DNA of 24,435 nucleotides from a virus (Duplodnaviria; Heunggongvirae; Uroviricota; Caudoviricetes): IMG/VR virus record IMGVR_UViG_2529293044_000006, positions 1 to 24,435 of that record; one strand, 5' to 3'. Shown piece by piece: positions 19,477 to 24,435 of this stretch (position 1 is its first letter; each line of letters starts with the position of its first letter). The notes under the pieces were generated by a model. It saw only the letters and a program-made list of their open reading frames with translations, ran no database searches and was not told where the DNA came from. The position numbers and the translations under genes were made by a program.

Positions 19477-21045
19477 ATGTCGATTAAACATTACGATGTT
19501 GTCAGGGCGGCGTCGCCGTCAGACCTTGCGGAAAAGCTGACACACAAACTGAAAGAGGGCTGGCAGCCATACGGCGGACCGGTTGCCATTACGCCGTACA
19601 CACTGATGCAGGCGGTGGCTATTGAAGGAGAGCCACAGGTCGGCCCTTCATCTGAGCCGGATTGGTACTACGTCATCGTACTGGCCGGGCAATCCAATGC
19701 CATGGCTTACGGTGAAGGGCTTCCGCTGCCGGATTCATACGATGCTCCGGATCCGCGCATTAAACAGCTGGCGCGCCGCAGTACAGTGACGCCGGGCGGG
19801 GCTGCCTGCAGATATAACGATATTATTCCGGCTGACCACTGTCTGCATGATGTGCAGGATATGAGTACGCTGAATCATCCGAGGGCTGACCTGAGCAAAG
19901 GGCAGTACGGCTGTGTCGGCCAGGGTTTACATATTGCCAAAAAACTGCTCCCGTATATCCCGAATAACGCGGGGATCCTGCTGGTACCATGCTGTCGTGG
20001 TGGTTCGGCATTTACCCAGGGCGCGGAGGGGACATTCAGCGAATCCACGGGGGCCAGTCAGGATTCGGCACGCTGGGGGGTGGGCAAGCCGTTATATCAG
20101 GATCTGATTTCCCGCACAAAAGCGGCATTGCAGAAAAATCCCAAAAACGTTCTGCTGGCCGTCTGCTGGATGCAGGGTGAGTTTGACATGAGCGCCGCCA
20201 CCCACGTACAGCAACCTGCGCTGTTTACAGCCATGCTGACACAGTTTCGTGCTGACCTCTCCGTGTTTAACGCGCAGTGCCATGGTGGCAGTGCTGCAGA
20301 TGTGCCGTGGGTTTGTGGTGACACGACGTATTACTGGAAAAATACATACGCTACCCAGTACGACACCGTGTACGGCGGGTATAAAAACAGGGAGAGTGAG
20401 GGCGTTTATTTTGTGCCCTTCATGACAGACGGTAACGGCGTCAATACCGCCACTAACGCGCCGGCAGAAGATCCGGATATTCCGGTATCAGGATATTACG
20501 GTGCGGCATCGAGAACGAATGGAAACCAGGTATCATCAAACCGCCCGACACATTTCAGTTCATGGGCGCGCAGGAGCATTATTCCGGATCGTCTGGCAAC
20601 CGCTATTCTGAACGCAGCCGGGCGCACCTCAGCTTTCATCAGTGGTAAGGCACCGGAAATCAAACCCTCGTCCGGCGGCAACACGCCATCGGGTCCGTTT
20701 GCAGATACGTCCGTTCGCACAATCTCCCTGCTGCCGGCAGCCGGAGAGGCTGCTGCGCAGGGCTGGAGCATTAAGGATGGCGGAATTCAGTTGTCAGATG
20801 GTGTATTTAAGATCACCAAGCAGAGCAATAAAACCTGGTCCCTGACGCATCCGGTGGATGACGCAATTACCCTGCTGACACAGGGCGGCAGACTGACCTG
20901 TAAGTTCCGCCTGTCAGGCGCACTGACCAACAATCAGTTCGGGCTGGGGATTTATCTGTATACGGATGCTCCCGTTCCTGATGGTGTGGCGATGACGGGT
21001 ACCGGTAATCCGTTCCTGATGTCGTACTTCACTACAGACCACTGA
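19477..21045 (+). CDS. prophage sialate O-acetylesterase (NanS-p-like), probably 3'-disrupted
   Basis: 522 aa with SD gggaga; SGNH-hydrolase motif VLAGQSNA; the expected C-terminal region continues in another frame at 21087-21326. Confidence 0.7.
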   Translation: MSIKHYDVVRAASPSDLAEKLTHKLKEGWQPYGGPVAITPYTLMQAVAIEGEPQVGPSSEPDWYYVIVLAGQSNAMAYGEGLPLPDSYDAPDPRIKQLARRSTVTPGGAACRYNDIIPADHCLHDVQDMSTLNHPRADLSKGQYGCVGQGLHIAKKLLPYIPNNAGILLVPCCRGGSAFTQGAEGTFSESTGASQDSARWGVGKPLYQDLISRTKAALQKNPKNVLLAVCWMQGEFDMSAATHVQQPALFTAMLTQFRADLSVFNAQCHGGSAADVPWVCGDTTYYWKNTYATQYDTVYGGYKNRESEGVYFVPFMTDGNGVNTATNAPAEDPDIPVSGYYGAASRTNGNQVSSNRPTHFSSWARRSIIPDRLATAILNAAGRTSAFISGKAPEIKPSSGGNTPSGPFADTSVRTISLLPAAGEAAAQGWSIKDGGIQLSDGVFKITKQSNKTWSLTHPVDDAITLLTQGGRLTCKFRLSGALTNNQFGLGIYLYTDAPVPDGVAMTGTGNPFLMSYFTTDH

Positions 21046-21086
21046 CGGCAGAGTGAATCTGATGCATCACAGGAAAGACGGAACAC

Positions 21087-21326
21087 GAAGCTGGGGAGTT
21101 CGGCGATTACGGTAACGACTGGCAGACGCTGGAGCTGGTGTTCACCGCCGGCAGTGCCACGGTTACTCCGAAACTGAATGGAGTGGCTGGCCCGGCATTC
21201 CAGGTTATAAAAGACAGTCTGACACTGGGACTGAATGCGCTGACGCTGACGGATGTTACAAAAAATGCAGCGTATGGCGTTGAGATAGAAAGTCTGGTGC
21301 TGGAGATAAATGCACCGGCAGCATAA
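21087..21326 (+). pseudogene. out-of-frame 3' remnant of the esterase gene
   Basis: Open frame EAGEFGDYGNDWQTLELVFTAGSATVTPKLNGVAGPAF...LEINAPAA with no start codon, 40 bp downstream of the esterase stop. Confidence 0.45.
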
Positions 21327-21621
21327 TAAAAAAAGCCAGCGCCCACTCTGAAGGACGCTGGCTAAAACGGGTAGATGTACTTCACATGATACTTATACTT
21401 GGCAGTACATTTTCTGACAGACAGTGACGGATGTTGTACAAGATATTGTGTCTATTTATAACCTGAATCGAGGGGAGGCCGGAATGTTATCTGGCTATTT
21501 TAGCAGAGCCTGAATGCCATAATCACGGCTCCCGGCGTTGGCCGTCAGTGGGTGACACTGGCGGCTTTTTTGTTTTTCTTTACTTTCATTTTCTGTCGGC
21601 GGTGACGGAGACATACATCAG

Positions 21622-21827
21622 ATGGAAAAATCACAACAGGTGTGTCATACACCACGTCAGCGGTGGGGACGGGATACTGGTTACTGCAGCTGCTGGACAA
21701 AGTCTCTCCGTCCCAGTGGGTGGCAATAGGTGTGCTGGGAAGTCTGCTGTTTGGCCTGCTGACGTATCTGACAAATCTTTATTTCAAGATTAAAGAAGAT
21801 AAGCGTAAGGCTGCGAGAGGTGAATAA
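21622..21827 (+). CDS. S: pinholin S (phage 21 type), frame broken at an A-run
   Basis: GTG-initiated frame from 21642 gives [60 protein letters not shown]; the ATG at 21622 is out of frame, and one more A in the A5 run at 21626-21630 would restore MEKITTGV... Confidence 0.8.
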
Positions 21828-22324
21828 TGTCGCCGTCATTACGCAAGGCTGTTGCAGCTGCTATTGGTGGTGGGGCTGTTGCCATAGCGTCTGTGCTCAT
21901 CACTGGTCCAGGTGGTAACGATGGTCTGGAAGGTGTCAGCTACATACCATACAAAGATATCGTTGGCGTATGGACTGTATGTCACGGACACACCGGAAAA
22001 GACATCATGCCCGGTAAAACGTATACCGAAGCAGAATGCAAAGCCCTCCTGAATAAAGACCTTGCCACGGTCGCCAGACAAATTAACCCGTACATCAACG
22101 TCGATATACCGGAAACAACGCGCGGCGCTCTTTACTCGTTCGTTTACAACGTGGGCGCTGGCAATTTCAGAACATCGACGCTTCTTCGCAAAATAAACCA
22201 GGGCGATATCAAAGGCGCATGTGATCAGCTACGGCGCTGGACATACGCTGGCGGTAAGCAATGGAAAGGGCTGATGACTCGCCGCGAGATTGAGCGTGAA
22301 GTCTGTTTGTGGGGGCAACAATGA
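21827..22324 (+). CDS. R: SAR endolysin (lysozyme R, phage 21 type)
   Basis: 165 aa; N-terminal signal-anchor-release segment ([20 protein letters not shown]) and T4-lysozyme-like catalytic region; start overlaps the S stop. Confidence 0.9.
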   Translation: MSPSLRKAVAAAIGGGAVAIASVLITGPGGNDGLEGVSYIPYKDIVGVWTVCHGHTGKDIMPGKTYTEAECKALLNKDLATVARQINPYINVDIPETTRGALYSFVYNVGAGNFRTSTLLRKINQGDIKGACDQLRRWTYAGGKQWKGLMTRREIEREVCLWGQQ

Positions 22325-22758
22325 GCAGGGTAACCGTTATTATCTCCGCTCTGGTTATCTGCATTATCGCCTGCCTGTCATGGGCTGTTAATCATTACCG
22401 TGATAACGCCATCGCCTACAAAGAGCAGCGCGATAAAGCCACATCCATCATCGCTGATATGCAGAAGCGGCAACGTGATGTAGCAGAACTTGACGCCAGA
22501 TACACAAAGGAGCTTGCTGATGCTAATGCGACTATCGAAAGTCTCCGTGCTGATGTTTCTGCTGGGCGTAAGCGCCTGCAAGTCTCCGCCACCTGTGCAA
22601 AGTCAACGACCGGAGCCAGCAGCATGGGCGATGGAGAAAGCCCAGGACTTACAGCAGATGCTGAACTCAATTATTACCGTCTCCGAGGTGGAATCGACAG
22701 GATAACCGCGCAGGTTAACTACCTGCAGGAATACATCAGGACGCAGTGCTTAAAATAA
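22321..22758 (+). CDS. Rz: i-spanin Rz
   Basis: ATG at 22321 after gggggc; N-terminal TM helix then coiled-coil periplasmic domain; overlaps the endolysin stop. Confidence 0.8.
   Translation: MSRVTVIISALVICIIACLSWAVNHYRDNAIAYKEQRDKATSIIADMQKRQRDVAELDARYTKELADANATIESLRADVSAGRKRLQVSATCAKSTTGASSMGDGESPGLTADAELNYYRLRGGIDRITAQVNYLQEYIRTQCLK
22520..22705 (+). CDS. Rz1: o-spanin Rz1 lipoprotein embedded in Rz
   Basis: +1 frame inside Rz; SD aaggag; signal peptide ending in lipobox LGVSAC followed by a Pro-rich segment. Confidence 0.7.
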   Translation: MLMRLSKVSVLMFLLGVSACKSPPPVQSQRPEPAAWAMEKAQDLQQMLNSIITVSEVESTG

Positions 22759-22976
22759 TTTTAATTTCACTGAAATTTAACAAGTGACTTTCAGGAAAAT
22801 GCCTCGCAGATGCGGGGCATTTTTGTACCGGTATTTCACCGCGCACCGCAGCGCACAATAAACACCGAACCTGACCCTTTGGAATGGGCCTTTGAGGATA
22901 CCAGTTAGTGCTGGCGAGCCTCGGTGGGCTGGTTTCCTGTGCGGCAAAGGTTCATTTCAAAGAAGCAGGCAACGCC

Positions 22977-23525
22977 ATGAATGAATTAATTGCGAATCAT
23001 GACTTCGACTTTCGCCAGTTAGTTACCGCAGCAGAAGGTCAACCGGTAACTGACACCTTCCAGATTGCCAGGGCATTTGGTAAACGCCATCAGCATGTGA
23101 TTAGGGCTATTAAATGTTTGAGATGTTCTGAGGAATTCTCGACAACCCATTTTTGGGCCGTCGAGAAAATCAATGACTTAGGGATTTTTGACAAGAAACA
23201 GATTTACTACCGCATGGACTTTAGTGGCTTCGTTATGCTGGTTATGTGATTTAACGGGGCAAAAGCCGATGCTGTTAAAGAAGCCTATATCAATGCGTTT
23301 AACTGGATGTCAGCAGAACTCCGTAAGTACAGCGAAAGTTATGAAGCAGAACGTAACGCCGTAATGCTGGAGTACATGAAAGAGAAGGATGTCGCCAGCA
23401 TGTCAGGCCGTCTGCTCAATCGCTGGGGGAGAACGAAAAAACCTCAATTGCTTGCAAAGCTGGAACGTCTGGAGAGACAGGGACAGTTTTTATTACCGGG
23501 ATTCGATAAAGGTATTCAAGCCTGA
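22977..23525 (+). pseudogene. rha: Rha-family phage regulatory protein with in-frame opal codon
   Basis: MNELIANHDFDFRQLVTAAEGQPVTDTFQIARAFGKRHQHVIRAI... is Rha-like; TGA at 23247-23249 lies in frame between FVMLVM and FNGAKADAVKEAYINAF... Confidence 0.6.
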
Positions 23526-23712
23526 CACATTATGCGCTGTATCGTCGCCGTATTCCCGCATTAACCATGACCGTAGCCCGACGGGGAATTCCTTCTGCGT
23601 GAGTGTGCGGGAATAATCAAAAACGATGCACACCGGGTTTTACTGTGCTGACAGACGCAGGGTTACCCTCATAGTCGCTTTTCCGGTGCGATGGTGGAAG
23701 AAACCGGGATGT

Positions 23713-23907
23713 TCATCCATCATCACTTTGGATTGATGTATATGCTCTCTTTTCTGACGTTAGTCTCCGACGGCAGGCTTCAATGACCCAGGCTGAGAAA
23801 TTCCCAGACCCTTTTTGCTCAAGAGCGATGTTAATTTGTTCAATCATTTGGTTAGGAAAGCGGATGTTGCGGGTTGTTGTTCTGCGGGTTCTGTTCTTCG
23901 TTGACAT
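23713..23907 (-). CDS. ylcI: YlcI-like small protein (DUF3950)
   Basis: 64 aa MSTKNRTRRTTTRNIRFPNQMIEQINIALEQKGSGNFSAWVIEACRRRL...; resembles the small conserved protein found near cos in DLP12-type prophages. Confidence 0.5.
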   Translation of the reverse strand: MSTKNRTRRTTTRNIRFPNQMIEQINIALEQKGSGNFSAWVIEACRRRLTSEKRAYTSIQSDDG

Positions 23908-24094
23908 GAGGTTGCCCCGTATTCAGTGTCGCTGATTTGTATTGTCTGAAGTTGTTTTTACGTTAAGTTGATGCAGATCAATTAATACGATACCTGCGTC
24001 ATAATTGATTATTTGACGTGGTTTGATGGCGTAGATGCACGTTGTGACATGTAGATGATAATCATTATCATATTGCGGGTCCTTTCCGGCGATC

Positions 24095-24130
24095 CGACAT
24101 GTTACGGGGCGGCGACCTCGCGGGTTTTCG
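24095..24130 (+). other. cos site (cosN with adjacent cosB)
   Basis: GGGCGGCGACCT at 24107-24118 preceded by ...GTTACG and followed by CGCGGGTTTTCGCTATTTATGAAAATTTT, matching the lambda cohesive-end region. Confidence 0.85.
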
Positions 24131-24287
24131 CTATTTATGAAAATTTTTAGGGAAAAATCAGATCCGTTCTTCTTCTTTTTAACTGTTTGATTATCAATAG
24201 AATTTTAAAAATATAAAAGGATCTGACAAAGGCTGTTTTTGTTAGAAAACGCCATTTTCAGATCCTTTCTGGTTCCCGGGGGAGTGT

Positions 24288-24435
24288 ATGAACGTCAATA
24301 AGAAAAACTGGCCGATATTTTTGGCGTTGATGTCAGGACCATCACCGCCTGGCAGAGTCAGGGGTTACCACTAGTTTCTGGTGGAGGGAAAGGGACTGAA
24401 TCAGTTTTTGATACAACTGCTGCCATTCAGTGGTA
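24288..24435 (+). CDS. nu1: terminase small subunit Nu1 (partial, frame broken at an A-run)
   Basis: ATG at 24288 after gggggag; MNVNKK then a frameshift; adding one A to the A5 run at 24304-24308 yields [42 protein letters not shown], a Nu1-like HTH; runs off the window end. Confidence 0.75.

Overview
Mosaic lambdoid prophage segment in lambda map orientation, running from the early-left recombination genes through immunity, replication, nin, Q, lysis, cos and the start of the packaging genes. The immunity region reads as lambda-type (cI, cro, OL1-3/PL, OR1-3/PR/PRM, t_imm), but rexAB is replaced by an AT-rich two-gene cassette of unknown function, which is the best candidate for an undescribed system. 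N and its boxB hairpins are P22-type. Replication uses an iteron-bearing initiator plus a TOPRIM primase/DnaB-like helicase fusion. The nin region (ninB, ninE, ninF, ybcO-like, rusA, ninH) carries a free-standing HNH-AP2 endonuclease gene inserted in ninF. Lysis is phage-21 type (pinholin, SAR endolysin, Rz/Rz1). An IS100 copy, itself split by IS3, interrupts a leftward-operon gene. Morons include an LpxR-like outer-membrane protein, two membrane proteins and a NanS-p-like esterase. Several known genes (kil, cI, S, nu1) are frame-broken at short A/T homopolymers, which looks more like systematic base-calling error than decay, so ORF boundaries of the unknown genes are provisional. All protein and site identifications are from recall of family sequences, not from searches. 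No rRNA, tRNA, CRISPR or stx genes were seen.
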